Origin: Escherichia phage 132
Direction: 5' to 3' (one strand)
DNA length: 64,000 bases
Sequence record: MZ417521
The translations under genes and the position numbers were made by a program. This document shows, one piece after another, positions 26,072 to 36,053 of this stretch; positions within the stretch are counted from its first letter, which is position 1; each line of letters opens with the position of its first letter. The notes beneath the pieces are model-generated. The model was not told the DNA's origin. It worked only from the letters and a program-made list of their open reading frames with translations, and did no database searches.

Positions 26072-26522
26072 AATCCACCACTATTAAATCAATATCAGGA
26101 GTAAACATGTCGATTAATTTAGAAACCTTATCCCAATCACCGCCAGCAATACCACAACCTATGCGTGGAATGTAAATTACTGGTTTAAACAAAAGGGTTT
26201 CTGCCTGTAGATTTAATTCTATCATGCAGTTTACTAAAGCACCATAATCAAGATTAGGACCTGGTTCGTATTGCGTATACAGGTTATAGCATATACCAAA
26301 ACCATTAGGTTTATGTTTAAAAACAATAGACATATCGCCTAATTTATCACGCGAACCATATTCAGTTGTGGTCTTATCTATTTCTAAAATTTTGGGATAG
26401 GCTCTTGCTAATTGACCCGCTACACCTGAACCCATAGTATGAAAACAGTTACACCCATGCGCAATAATATTACCTTGAAGAAATAGGGCGACAATATCGC
26501 CCTTGATATATTTTACAATCAT
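26043..26522 (-). CDS. Macro-domain-like protein (putative ADP-ribose binding/hydrolase)
   Basis: 159 aa; motifs GDIV...NIIAHGCNC, GSGVAGQL, IYIPRIGCGIAGG line up with macro-domain signatures. Confidence 0.5.
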   Translation of the reverse strand: MIVKYIKGDIVALFLQGNIIAHGCNCFHTMGSGVAGQLARAYPKILEIDKTTTEYGSRDKLGDMSIVFKHKPNGFGICYNLYTQYEPGPNLDYGALVNCMIELNLQAETLLFKPVIYIPRIGCGIAGGDWDKVSKLIDMFTPDIDLIVVDYESALPASV

Positions 26523-26866
26523 CTAGTACTCAATCCTCGATTATAAGAATCTACCAAACGGTCAACCATTGAATGACAAGCGGCTTTATCTTTCTCCTCC
26601 GCAACTGAACATTCTAAGGTATTCCACTTTTTAGCATATCGTTTTAATAATGTATCGTTTTTGTATCTGCTTGATTTATCTCTTTCTCCGTCTTTATATG
26701 CATATATTAATTTCTGTGCAAATTCAGCTTGGCATGCTTTATTTTTCCCACAATAATCTGCCGCAGTGCGGTTTACATATTCTCTAATTTCAGTATATGA
26801 TGTATCTGCTGACGCAGAAGCAGAAAATGAAATTAATCCTATACATAAAACCAAAATTTTAGTCAT
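26519..26866 (-). CDS. Secreted/periplasmic small protein with signal peptide (position of T4 vs)
   Basis: 115 aa; N-terminus MTKILVLCIGLISFSASASA; several Cys. Confidence 0.5.
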   Translation of the reverse strand: MTKILVLCIGLISFSASASADTSYTEIREYVNRTAADYCGKNKACQAEFAQKLIYAYKDGERDKSSRYKNDTLLKRYAKKWNTLECSVAEEKDKAACHSMVDRLVDSYNRGLSTR

Positions 26867-27404
26867 TTACTATTTCCAAAAGTTTATTATTTTTAAGGTA
26901 ATTAGCCTTTTCTAGGACTTCAGAAGCATATTTAGAACCTGCTTTAACATTCCATCCCGAATTATAAGAGGATATTGCTTTTCTTATATCGCCCTTATGT
27001 ATATTTAACCAATAAGAAAGTTCAATGTACGCCCAGGAAGCTGAATTGGACCGTTTATTCAACATTCTTTTTATTTCAGCATCAGTCATATTATAACCAA
27101 GTTCCTTAACTCTTGCTCGCATAGTAGGCAAATAATTTTGGAACATTCCATAAGCGTGATGCTTTGGTTTAGATTTTAAATTAACTCCGCCAGAGCTTTC
27201 TTGCCATAAAATGGCTGCCATTATATGACCCAATCCACTCTTGTGGATATTTTTGTGTGTTTTATATTTTCCATCCTTAGAAAATTGTTCCCCGAATTGA
27301 TACGCGTAACGCATGTTATCGAGTTGGACATTACTGAAAGTATGCTCGGAGCTATGTGCCATCATTGAAATGGCCAATAGACCAGCGAGTAGTGCTTTTC
27401 TCAT
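26859..27404 (-). CDS. Periplasmic lytic transglycosylase-like protein (lysozyme-like fold) with signal peptide
   Basis: 181 aa; signal peptide MRKALLAGLLAISMMAHS; transglycosylase-like motifs ILWQESSGG and SYNSGW. Confidence 0.55.
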   Translation of the reverse strand: MRKALLAGLLAISMMAHSSEHTFSNVQLDNMRYAYQFGEQFSKDGKYKTHKNIHKSGLGHIMAAILWQESSGGVNLKSKPKHHAYGMFQNYLPTMRARVKELGYNMTDAEIKRMLNKRSNSASWAYIELSYWLNIHKGDIRKAISSYNSGWNVKAGSKYASEVLEKANYLKNNKLLEIVND

Positions 27405-27411
27405 GCTTACC

Positions 27412-27873
27412 TCATTGAGTTTTAATTACTGCTTTAGAAGCCTTTCCTGGTAAACGACGACTGTTGATAATTGCCATCCTGCATTGAAGTGACGGGTTTT
27501 TGAACTTCTCATTAGGCTTACAAACTGTAAATCCAAGCCAAAGATTTCCATCTGTGATTTCTAAACGCCCAGGACGATATTCAACACCATCAATAAAATC
27601 CTCGTCAATGTCAGGACGCGGAGGCATACTCAGGAATTCATTAACTTCTAAAACATGGTCTTTTATTTTATGGAATAATTCAAAAACATATGTCTCATCA
27701 ATCTCCCGTTGAATTGCGCGATCAAGAAGATGCTGAGAATATTTTAGATGAAACGATGAGACCCCTGCTGCTTTTGATGCCTCACGAATCTCATTGTTAA
27801 TTTGACGAAACTCCGACTCAAAGTGACGACGAAGCTTATTTCGACGGATAAAAACTTCTGTATTGATAGTCAT
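27412..27873 (-). CDS. regB: RegB site-specific endoribonuclease
   Basis: 153 aa; matches my recollection of T4 RegB; early promoter immediately upstream. Confidence 0.75.
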   Translation of the reverse strand: MTINTEVFIRRNKLRRHFESEFRQINNEIREASKAAGVSSFHLKYSQHLLDRAIQREIDETYVFELFHKIKDHVLEVNEFLSMPPRPDIDEDFIDGVEYRPGRLEITDGNLWLGFTVCKPNEKFKNPSLQCRMAIINSRRLPGKASKAVIKTQ

Positions 27874-27900
27874 GTTATTCTCCTCTTAACTGATAGAAAA

Positions 27901-27930
27901 ATTATACCACAGTCAAGAGGAAAAGTAAAC
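27901..27930 (-). promoter_or_regulatory. Early sigma70-type promoter
   Basis: Minus strand GTTTAC-N18-TGG-TATAAT; upstream of regB. Confidence 0.65.
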
Positions 27931-27932
27931 AG

Positions 27933-28211
27933 TTATTCTTTAAATCTAATCAATTTATTCATAGACTTTGAAACTTCTGCACGAACCTCATGCAGATTTT
28001 TGAGCTGTTCAAGACGCTGCGTATAGTAAGCAATTTCATCTTCTTCGAGACAGTCCTGTGAATCTTCTTTAAGATAACGTGCATAGTCCTGAAAAGCGTT
28101 ACGAACTACTTCCTGGAAATCATCAAGACTTTGAATTTTCTTAGGAGCAGCAGATACACGACGAGGGGCAGTATAATACTCATAACCAAACCCTGCGCTT
28201 AATTGAGCCAT
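27933..28211 (-). CDS. Hypothetical 92-aa protein (first gene after regB)
   Basis: Internal ATG ([13 protein letters not shown]...) with ATGA overlap to the upstream gene. Confidence 0.5.
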   Translation of the reverse strand: MAQLSAGFGYEYYTAPRRVSAAPKKIQSLDDFQEVVRNAFQDYARYLKEDSQDCLEEDEIAYYTQRLEQLKNLHEVRAEVSKSMNKLIRFKE

Positions 28212-28477
28212 TAGTATTTTTCCTCTGGTTGGAACACTGCACGACAAGCCCACATACTGGCTTCTTTGAGTTTCGCTTTAGCAATAGTTAACTGATCGAG
28301 GCTTTCAGCATAATTCTTCGCGAATTCACAGTCTTCGCAATTATCTAGTGCTTCCCAAAATTCATCATATAAAGCGTCAAAGATAAGTCCTAAACGAACT
28401 TCAGCGTCTTTAATAGCATTTACTTTACCGATTTTTTCGTCGGTATGTGGCTTATAACCTTTAATATCTTCAATCAT
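28211..28477 (-). CDS. Hypothetical 88-aa protein at the T4 vs.4 (Acb2) position
   Basis: Internal ATG with GAGGAAG SD; second gene after regB; identity as a cyclic-oligonucleotide sponge is positional only. Confidence 0.45.
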   Translation of the reverse strand: MIEDIKGYKPHTDEKIGKVNAIKDAEVRLGLIFDALYDEFWEALDNCEDCEFAKNYAESLDQLTIAKAKLKEASMWACRAVFQPEEKY

Positions 28478-28691
28478 ATTTGACTTCCTCACCAGTGCAT
28501 AAATCATATTCAACTAAACGAATAGGTTCATGAATGCCATATCCTTGAACAGAAATTTCTGTAGTAGGATAAATTCCATTAATATCACCCATGTTCCATG
28601 CTTCGTTAAATTGCTGTTCGCCTGAATTACTAAACCATTCGGCGAAAGCATTTAGCACATCTTCAGAACCTTCAATAATTATCTTTGCCAT
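28470..28691 (-). CDS. Hypothetical 73-aa acidic protein
   Basis: ORF track; TAATG overlap with the upstream gene. Confidence 0.5.
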   Translation of the reverse strand: MAKIIIEGSEDVLNAFAEWFSNSGEQQFNEAWNMGDINGIYPTTEISVQGYGIHEPIRLVEYDLCTGEEVKYD

Positions 28692-29053
28692 TACAAACTC
28701 TCGGTAAAGGTACGAGCGATAACGTCGCGCTGCTGTTCCGGAGTCAGAGAGTTAAAGCGAACTGCATAACCGGATACACGGATGGTCAGCTGCGGATATT
28801 TTTCCGGATGCTTAACTGCATCTTCCAGAGTTTCACGACGCAGAACGTTAACGTTCAGGTGTTGACCACCTTCAATTTTAACTGTAGGCTGTGGCTCAAT
28901 TTCAATTTCACGGGCATGCAAACCATAGAAAATTTCTGGGTCTACAAAAGAGTCCTCTTTAAAGGTTTTAGAAACGATAATTCGTGCTTGAATACCATCT
29001 TCAAAATAAATAGTACCTTTATGTGTGCCTTCAAGAATTTGATATGCTTTCAT
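28691..29053 (-). CDS. Autonomous glycyl-radical cofactor (GrcA/YfiD-like)
   Basis: 120 aa; C-terminal half ...[60 protein letters not shown] carries the RVSGY glycyl-radical motif and matches E. coli GrcA as I recall it; 3' part of the gene is visibly more GC-rich than its surroundings. Confidence 0.75.
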   Translation of the reverse strand: MKAYQILEGTHKGTIYFEDGIQARIIVSKTFKEDSFVDPEIFYGLHAREIEIEPQPTVKIEGGQHLNVNVLRRETLEDAVKHPEKYPQLTIRVSGYAVRFNSLTPEQQRDVIARTFTESL

Positions 29054-29060
29054 ATAAACC

Positions 29061-29390
29061 TCAATTAGAAAATAAATTTATCCAAGATTGTTCTTTAATT
29101 AAAAACGGCTCAGAATCATATGCCATTAAACTTTGGGTAATTAATCCTTTAAAAGGTCCATCAATAAATTCCATGGTAAAATATGGAATTTTATTCATTA
29201 ATCTTGCATTAGGAGCAGTGCACAAAACTCTGCATCCTTTGAATACGCCTTTTTGTAATTTGTATTGCTTAGGATAAAATTCGCTCAAGACGTTGTTATT
29301 TGCCAAAATTTCAAAATGATTCACCAATTTATTTTTAATAGTTTTTGGCGAAAAATAAAGATATTCGAAAAGTTGCGTATCTGTCATCAT
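29061..29390 (-). CDS. Hypothetical 109-aa protein
   Basis: Start at ATGATGA overlap with the upstream gene; the ORF-track start is further upstream. Confidence 0.45.
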   Translation of the reverse strand: MMTDTQLFEYLYFSPKTIKNKLVNHFEILANNNVLSEFYPKQYKLQKGVFKGCRVLCTAPNARLMNKIPYFTMEFIDGPFKGLITQSLMAYDSEPFLIKEQSWINLFSN

Positions 29391-29926
29391 TGCATCCCAA
29401 TTACGAAAAACTGTGGACGAGTAATACCACCAATGCAACATTTACTATTGCAGCAGTAATGTACAGTGTCAATATGGACACTATAAATTTTATCCATATC
29501 AGGAGCTTTAACAGGCTCATCAATTATATACAAAATTCGCGAAAGCAATAAACCCCTGAACTTGCTTCCTTTATTGCCAATAAAACTACGGACAGAATCA
29601 GTAAATAAGCGGAATCGAATATCATCGCTAGAATAACGAGAAAATTCTTTTTTAATGTGGCCTGCAGAAATTTTAGCATAAGCTGAAGTATTAGAAAGAA
29701 CAATAACTGTTCCACCGTCATACAGCCAATTAACAGCAAAATTAGTTACTGCGGTCGATTTACCTGATTGTCTGCCACCGTCTAAACGAAGTGTACAATA
29801 CTGCTTGAGTACGTCTTCAAATGGTGGGGCATAACCGTTCTTACAAATTTCTTCTACTCTAGCATCAGAATGGTGTGTAAAAGCATTCATCAGGGATAGA
29901 TAAGGACCAGTTAAAAATGTTCTCAT
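29387..29926 (-). CDS. P-loop NTPase-like protein
   Basis: Walker A GGRQSGKST and Walker B-like ILYIIDEP; start chosen at the ATG with the best (weak) SD; early-type promoter upstream. Confidence 0.45.
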   Translation of the reverse strand: MRTFLTGPYLSLMNAFTHHSDARVEEICKNGYAPPFEDVLKQYCTLRLDGGRQSGKSTAVTNFAVNWLYDGGTVIVLSNTSAYAKISAGHIKKEFSRYSSDDIRFRLFTDSVRSFIGNKGSKFRGLLLSRILYIIDEPVKAPDMDKIYSVHIDTVHYCCNSKCCIGGITRPQFFVIGMQ

Positions 29927-30006
29927 TTTATTCTCTCTAAGTTTGGGCCATTCCATGGCGCATGAATTGTCCATTTCTGTATTTACCACTCCAAGTAATT
30001 ATGAAT

Positions 30007-30036
30007 ATACTATCACAATTCTAGGAGAAAGTAAAC
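30007..30036 (-). promoter_or_regulatory. Early-type promoter (weaker -10)
   Basis: Minus strand GTTTAC-N18-TAGTAT; upstream of the P-loop gene 29387..29926. Confidence 0.4.
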
Positions 30037-30038
30037 TG

Positions 30039-30341
30039 TTATTTACCTTTAATTACTTTAGCTGCTTCGATAGCCGCTTGCTGAAGGTCATCCATAGACA
30101 TACCGAATTTAGAAGCAAAGTTATCAATTTTCTTTTCGACAGCATTCAAAGGCTTGGCCTGTTTACCTTCATTAGCGCCAGGAAGAGCGAGAATACGCTC
30201 TTTGTCAATATAAAGGCTTACAAGTTTCTTACGGTCTTTATCGGACAAATCGTGAAATGAATGAGCCTTTTTATTTATAGCGGCTTCTAATTTACCTGCA
30301 CTCACTCGCGCTTCAGTAATAAATTCTTGATATGTTTTCAT
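30039..30341 (-). CDS. ipII: Internal protein II-like (capsid-targeted, injected with DNA)
   Basis: 100 aa; N-terminal capsid-targeting sequence MKTYQEFITEA; same size and position as T4 IPII. Confidence 0.6.
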   Translation of the reverse strand: MKTYQEFITEARVSAGKLEAAINKKAHSFHDLSDKDRKKLVSLYIDKERILALPGANEGKQAKPLNAVEKKIDNFASKFGMSMDDLQQAAIEAAKVIKGK

Positions 30342-30354
30342 ATGTTTCCTTTAA

Positions 30355-30378
30355 ATGTAAATAGGCCGTATAGGCCTT
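30355..30378 (-). terminator. Possible terminator after ipIII-like gene
   Basis: AGGCC-UAUAC-GGCCU hairpin with a moderately U-rich tail. Confidence 0.3.
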
Positions 30379-30379
30379 A

Positions 30380-30958
30380 TTAATTACCACGGGCTGCATT
30401 AGCAACGGCGTAAGCGTACTGAACATTAGCGTCTTTAAACGTACCTTTAGAGGTGTCTATTTCTGCCTTAAAGCCGCCTTTAGCCATAACATCGGCAAAT
30501 TCTTTACGGAAAGCCATTGCATCAAGACCTTTCCATGATGATTTATGCTTGGCAAATTCAAGACCAGCGTAGTTGACAGCTTTAGCCAATTTATTATCAA
30601 TGACCCATTTACCAGCTTTAGGCACAAACACCGGGCCTTTCTGTTTAGAGAATAGTTTTAAATTCCAGCGACGAAGGTCACCGTCGGCTTTAACAAAAGC
30701 TGCGTCTAAGTTACTAGCAACAACATCTTCAATATGAGCAAATTTAAGCCCATCAACTTCAATATTTAGATCGTTACGCCAGCGTAGTCCTTCCCAAGCG
30801 AAGGCTTTAAAATCAGAAGCTTTTGTGGCTAGATATCGTTCAAGTGGAGCAGTTTTAGGATCAAAGCCGTTTCCGCCACGATAATTCCACTCGTCCTTAT
30901 TAATGCCTTGGACTTTTCCTGCAAAGGCCTCGGCGATAAATTCTTTATATGTTTTCAT
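30380..30958 (-). CDS. ipIII: Internal protein III-like (capsid-targeted)
   Basis: 192 aa; N-terminus MKTYKEFIAEA; basic Ala/Lys-rich; early promoter upstream. Confidence 0.6.
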   Translation of the reverse strand: MKTYKEFIAEAFAGKVQGINKDEWNYRGGNGFDPKTAPLERYLATKASDFKAFAWEGLRWRNDLNIEVDGLKFAHIEDVVASNLDAAFVKADGDLRRWNLKLFSKQKGPVFVPKAGKWVIDNKLAKAVNYAGLEFAKHKSSWKGLDAMAFRKEFADVMAKGGFKAEIDTSKGTFKDANVQYAYAVANAARGN

Positions 30959-30989
30959 TTTTTGTTTCCTTGTTTGTTTTGATAGAGTA

Positions 30990-31019
30990 ATTATACCATA
31001 TTAATACTTAAGCGTAAAC
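30990..31019 (-). promoter_or_regulatory. Early sigma70-type promoter
   Basis: Minus strand GTTTAC-N18-TGG-TATAAT; upstream of ipIII-like gene. Confidence 0.65.
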
Positions 31020-31022
31020 AAT

Positions 31023-31283
31023 TTAAGCTTTACCGCCAGAAATAATTCCGAAGTTGTTAAAATCGTATTCAATATCGTCAACATCTACTTTAGGACTTGC
31101 TACGACATAAGCAATTTCACTACGTTTTGCATAGGTGTTGATTTCTTTACCATCGCCACCTAAGAAAGAATACCCATTACGTTTTAATGAGCCAAAGTCT
31201 TCCGCATCACCAATGAAAGCTTTAACTTTAAATTTTGGACCTTTGGCATCTGCTTCAATGATAAATTCTTGGTACATTTTCAT
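31023..31283 (-). CDS. Additional capsid-targeted internal protein candidate
   Basis: 86 aa; N-terminus MKMYQEFIIEA; starts directly after the denV stop. Confidence 0.55.
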   Translation of the reverse strand: MKMYQEFIIEADAKGPKFKVKAFIGDAEDFGSLKRNGYSFLGGDGKEINTYAKRSEIAYVVASPKVDVDDIEYDFNNFGIISGGKA

Positions 31284-31289
31284 TTTTCC

Positions 31290-31703
31290 TTAGTAAATTG
31301 ATTTACCATAGTATTTGTACCAAGTCGGGCGCTGAGCAATTTTTTCATCTAAGCGAGCTTGACTTATCGCAATGGACGCTTCGGACGGGACATAATTATT
31401 ACGAAATTCGACAGGGATGTCGGAAATATCCTGGACAGTCGTGTCCTTGATTTTGAAACCACGTTTCAAGCATTCAGCGATTAGCTCGATTTGACGTAAA
31501 CGTAAAAATTCGAGTTTGTCGTAAAAGAATGTTACGTGACCTGTGCCTAAGATAAATGTTGGAGAGATTTTAAAATCCTTTACACGTTTACCGTTTTGAA
31601 CATGTTTACGGACTGCACCAAATACGCGTGGTAATTCACGATACTCAGCCATAAGATGTTGGTCGGTCAGTTCAGAAACAAGTGTTAAATTGATACGAGT
31701 CAT
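31290..31703 (-). CDS. denV: Endonuclease V (pyrimidine-dimer DNA glycosylase/AP lyase)
   Basis: Start at [12 protein letters not shown]... (GGAGGAAATT SD); matches T4 DenV; early promoter upstream. Confidence 0.9.
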   Translation of the reverse strand: MTRINLTLVSELTDQHLMAEYRELPRVFGAVRKHVQNGKRVKDFKISPTFILGTGHVTFFYDKLEFLRLRQIELIAECLKRGFKIKDTTVQDISDIPVEFRNNYVPSEASIAISQARLDEKIAQRPTWYKYYGKSIY

Positions 31704-31730
31704 AATTTCCTCCAAGTAGTTGATGAATGT

Positions 31731-31760
31731 ATAGTATCAAAGTCCTTGGAGGAAGTAAAC
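31731..31760 (-). promoter_or_regulatory. Early sigma70-type promoter
   Basis: Minus strand GTTTAC-N18-TGA-TACTAT; upstream of denV. Confidence 0.6.
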
Positions 31761-31761
31761 A

Positions 31762-33002
<1,241 letters not shown>

Positions 33003-33006
<4 letters not shown>

Positions 33007-33491
33007 TTTAATTTCCTGCATTCAGTGATAAAGTTATTTAAATTTTGAGCATATTTCTTTTCATCAAAAATCTTTTGTTGTCTGCGTAGCCGCCATGGCA
33101 TTTCAATGAACGTGTACCATATCCCAGATAATATTGCTGCTGTAAAAATATTAACAAGTATGGTTAAAAGAATCCAATCTCCTATTCTGTCCATTGGATT
33201 TTTTATAAAAAAGTAAAATACGAATGATGTCACAGGAAGACTAATAATATACCACAGAATCATAATTTTATCTGTGAACCAATCAGCGTTCGTTAACTTA
33301 GCGCGACTATTATAAATACACACGAATTTATCATCTGTTGCAGTAGATGGCTTAACTGGTTGATATCCCATTCTAAACTCCCTAATCAGCAAATTTTTCA
33401 TATCTTCGGAACAGCCATTCCAGTCAACTCTATCAACTGAAATGCCATCATCCCCATCATCTAAATCATACCAGCGAGTTTTTAAAATCAT
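33003..33491 (-). CDS. Two-TM membrane protein (member of a tandem family)
   Basis: 162 aa; two hydrophobic helices then basic segment; C-terminus ...ITECRKLK. Confidence 0.55.
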
Positions 33492-33850
33492 TTAATTTTC
33501 CTACAATCACTCACAAACTCTTCCATTGATTCTTTTTCAATATAAGACATGTAGCTATTATATTCTTTTAATTGTATTTTGTAATCTTTTTTTCTTTGCC
33601 AATTTATTTTAAAATTATCATAATGAAAATATAACATGGTACCAAAGAATGAAAACAATGAAATAATTTTGGTATAGTGAAGTTCACTCCAAACTTCTAT
33701 TATATTTACTGTGCCGTCAATGTTTAAAATAAGACAGTCAATTAACAATCCAAAAAGACTACCCGCAAGAGCTGCAGCCAACGCCACAGCAAAAATTAAA
33801 AATAACTCAGGAAGCGAATATTTGACTTTATTTAGTTTTGGCTTTTGCAT
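33488..33850 (-). CDS. Two-TM membrane protein (tandem family)
   Basis: 120 aa; C-terminus ...VSDCRKIK; ATGA coupling. Confidence 0.55.
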   Translation of the reverse strand: MQKPKLNKVKYSLPELFLIFAVALAAALAGSLFGLLIDCLILNIDGTVNIIEVWSELHYTKIISLFSFFGTMLYFHYDNFKINWQRKKDYKIQLKEYNSYMSYIEKESMEEFVSDCRKIK

Positions 33851-34224
33851 CGTGATTCCTTAACAAATTTCATAATTTCGTTAAATTCATGCATATCAAG
33901 TTTAAGCTGGTGTTCCTTTTTAATCTTTTTACACTGAGCTTTCCATTCACGTACGCGTTTACGATAATGTCTTCCTTGATACCAGTATCCTACCCAATTT
34001 ACAGGTACTAATAAAAGCGGAATTATTAATGGAAGAATTAGCGTTGCTCCAAATATTACACCGGATTCAATATCAGTCATAAAGTCTATAACCATTCCAA
34101 CAATCAATAGAATTACAAATGATATAGCTGTCACAGGACCTATTAATACATCAGTAGGAATTAGCTGACGCTTTAGTTCATACTTCACAGGTTCACTTGG
34201 AAGGTATAGTGATGGCTTTGACAT
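33832..34224 (-). CDS. Two-TM membrane protein (tandem family)
   Basis: Start at internal ATG (MSKPSLYL...); C-terminus ...KESRCKSQN. Confidence 0.5.
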   Translation of the reverse strand: MSKPSLYLPSEPVKYELKRQLIPTDVLIGPVTAISFVILLIVGMVIDFMTDIESGVIFGATLILPLIIPLLLVPVNWVGYWYQGRHYRKRVREWKAQCKKIKKEHQLKLDMHEFNEIMKFVKESRCKSQN

Positions 34225-34801
34225 ATTCTCTACATTCCTTAACAAATTTTTCTAATAATAAATCGCTTTCAAAATTAGGATTTTCTACGAATTTATCAAA
34301 AAGATCATCAACAATAGTTAAGATATTCTTTTTACTAAGAATACGTTTATTTTCATGCTTTGTTTCAGAATCAACTATAAGAGTAAAGAAATATTTCTTT
34401 CCCTGAAATTTTACCGTAGTATCAATATAAAATAAATTTGACTTTTGTAAATTACGTTTAAACCATGCGTCACTTAAACTATAAACGCCAAGATAATCAT
34501 AATCGTCGTTTAAATAACAAACCGTCCATTCAGGAGAAATGAAATCAGTAAATTCAACATCAAAATCACATGTCAATGAATGAATTGATTCAATACTGTT
34601 AATAAGTATTCCAGGACGTATTAAGGACTTTTTACCTCTATAAAATCTTCCAGAAAGACTTTCGTCAGTTTCATACGAAGACCCCCAATAGTAATTACGC
34701 CCTTCTGCCATACGTTTAAGAGCATTTAGTAATTGGTCTGGAACATCAACATGTCTTTGGAACTCTTCAAACATTGAATTGAAATCATTTTGCATTCTCA
34801 T
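34193..34801 (-). CDS. Hypothetical 202-aa protein
   Basis: ORF track; C-terminus ...FVKECREYV encodes the SD for the next gene. Confidence 0.55.
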   Translation of the reverse strand: MRMQNDFNSMFEEFQRHVDVPDQLLNALKRMAEGRNYYWGSSYETDESLSGRFYRGKKSLIRPGILINSIESIHSLTCDFDVEFTDFISPEWTVCYLNDDYDYLGVYSLSDAWFKRNLQKSNLFYIDTTVKFQGKKYFFTLIVDSETKHENKRILSKKNILTIVDDLFDKFVENPNFESDLLLEKFVKECREYVKAITIPSK

Positions 34802-34819
34802 TCCTATTTACTCCAGTAA

Positions 34820-34837
34820 TAGGGGCCGAAGCCCCCT
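34820..34837 (-). terminator. Stable hairpin (weak terminator) after gene 34842..35435
   Basis: GGGGC-UUCG-GCCCC hairpin; downstream tract only moderately U-rich. Confidence 0.3.
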
Positions 34838-34841
34838 ATCA

Positions 34842-35435
34842 TTATTTCAGAGAATTAATGTATTCCTGAACATCGGCAGAGGTGGTTTCAACCCCAGAAA
34901 TATTGCCATTAAAGGTTTCAACTCGAGCAAGAGTATCTTCAATATCAACCTTAGTCAGTGCTGCAATTTCAACTACATCATCAGCAGTACTAATTCCAAG
35001 GGCATTCGCGGCGCGAGTTTCACGGATATATTCCAATTTAACTGCAAGTTCTTGGCGAGCATCATCTAACTCAACTACTTTCTTGGCGATTTCAATTCGC
35101 ATTTCAGCATAACCATCAGCTTTAGTAGTCAACTGCTCAGCTGTTCGACGATATAGTAAACCAAGTTTAGCATGCATTGTTACATCTTGACCTTCCGAAA
35201 GGAGCTTGCGAATTTCACGCTCTTTTGATTCGGCCTGCTTATTCTTTTCGACAATAAGTTCACGAATACGCTTTTCTTCATTAATAGATTTAACAGAAGC
35301 AGTTTTTAGATCTTTAATTTTATCAAGCAATTTTGCTGCTGCGGCAGTATACTGCTCTTCAACAGATAGATTTTTAGCCATAGCAGAACCAAGTTTAGTG
35401 CGAATAAACTCAACAATTTTCTTCAGTGTGTTCAT
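34842..35435 (-). CDS. Coiled-coil protein (Ala/Lys/Glu-rich)
   Basis: 197 aa; long heptad-like helical sequence; early promoter upstream. Confidence 0.55.
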
Positions 35436-35477
35436 AGTATTTCCTTAGGTTGATTAGAAATTAAAATCTGCAGAAGA

Positions 35478-35507
35478 ATTATATCATGCTACTTAAGAGA
35501 TGTAAAC
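35478..35507 (-). promoter_or_regulatory. Early sigma70-type promoter
   Basis: Minus strand GTTTAC-N18-TGA-TATAAT; upstream of gene 34842..35435. Confidence 0.6.
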
Positions 35508-35997
35508 TATTTTTAATTTTACAAATTCGTTCAGCTTCTTCAACAGCGGCAGTGATAATGCTTTTAGCTATAGGAGTACTAATACTAGTAGCTTTTACAC
35601 TTAACACGATTTCTTTATCTTTACCAGGCCAACCCCACGATTTTTCACCATGGGTGCCTTTAATTACAGCAGACACCTCAAGTGAGCATCCATTATCGCA
35701 TGTTTTTACATTAACAACCCAAGTGTCACTTTTCTCAACCGGTTTATCCCAGTAAATATTAAGAATACGTGGAACATCAAATTTAGCAGGGCAAATCTTA
35801 ACCGTAAGACCTTCGCTTTCTAGCCAATTAATAAGAGGGCGTTCATACATGCGGCGATGTGGGCTTTGAACTCGACAAGCTTTGTACCCATTGCTTGCGG
35901 CTTCACTAAGCTCTTCTAATACCTGCTTTTGCATTATTGATAAGATACCATCAAAAGATTTTTCGGAAGTTTCATTCAGTTCGGTATAAAGAGACAT
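35479..35997 (-). CDS. Hypothetical 172-aa protein
   Basis: Start at ATG with GAGGAAAA SD (the track start is TTG); early promoter upstream. Confidence 0.5.
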   Translation of the reverse strand: MSLYTELNETSEKSFDGILSIMQKQVLEELSEAASNGYKACRVQSPHRRMYERPLINWLESEGLTVKICPAKFDVPRILNIYWDKPVEKSDTWVVNVKTCDNGCSLEVSAVIKGTHGEKSWGWPGKDKEIVLSVKATSISTPIAKSIITAAVEEAERICKIKNSLHLLSSMI

Positions 35998-36023
35998 AAC
36001 AGTTTTCCTCAAATTATAGGCTC

Positions 36024-36053
36024 ATAATATCTCAATCATGAGCCTATGTAAAC
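36024..36053 (-). promoter_or_regulatory. Early sigma70-type promoter overlapping a 9-bp-stem inverted repeat
   Basis: Minus strand GTTTAC-N18-TATTAT; inverted repeat TAGGCTCAT / ATGAGCCTA (about 36017-36046) spans the -10; upstream of gene 35479..35997. Confidence 0.5.
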
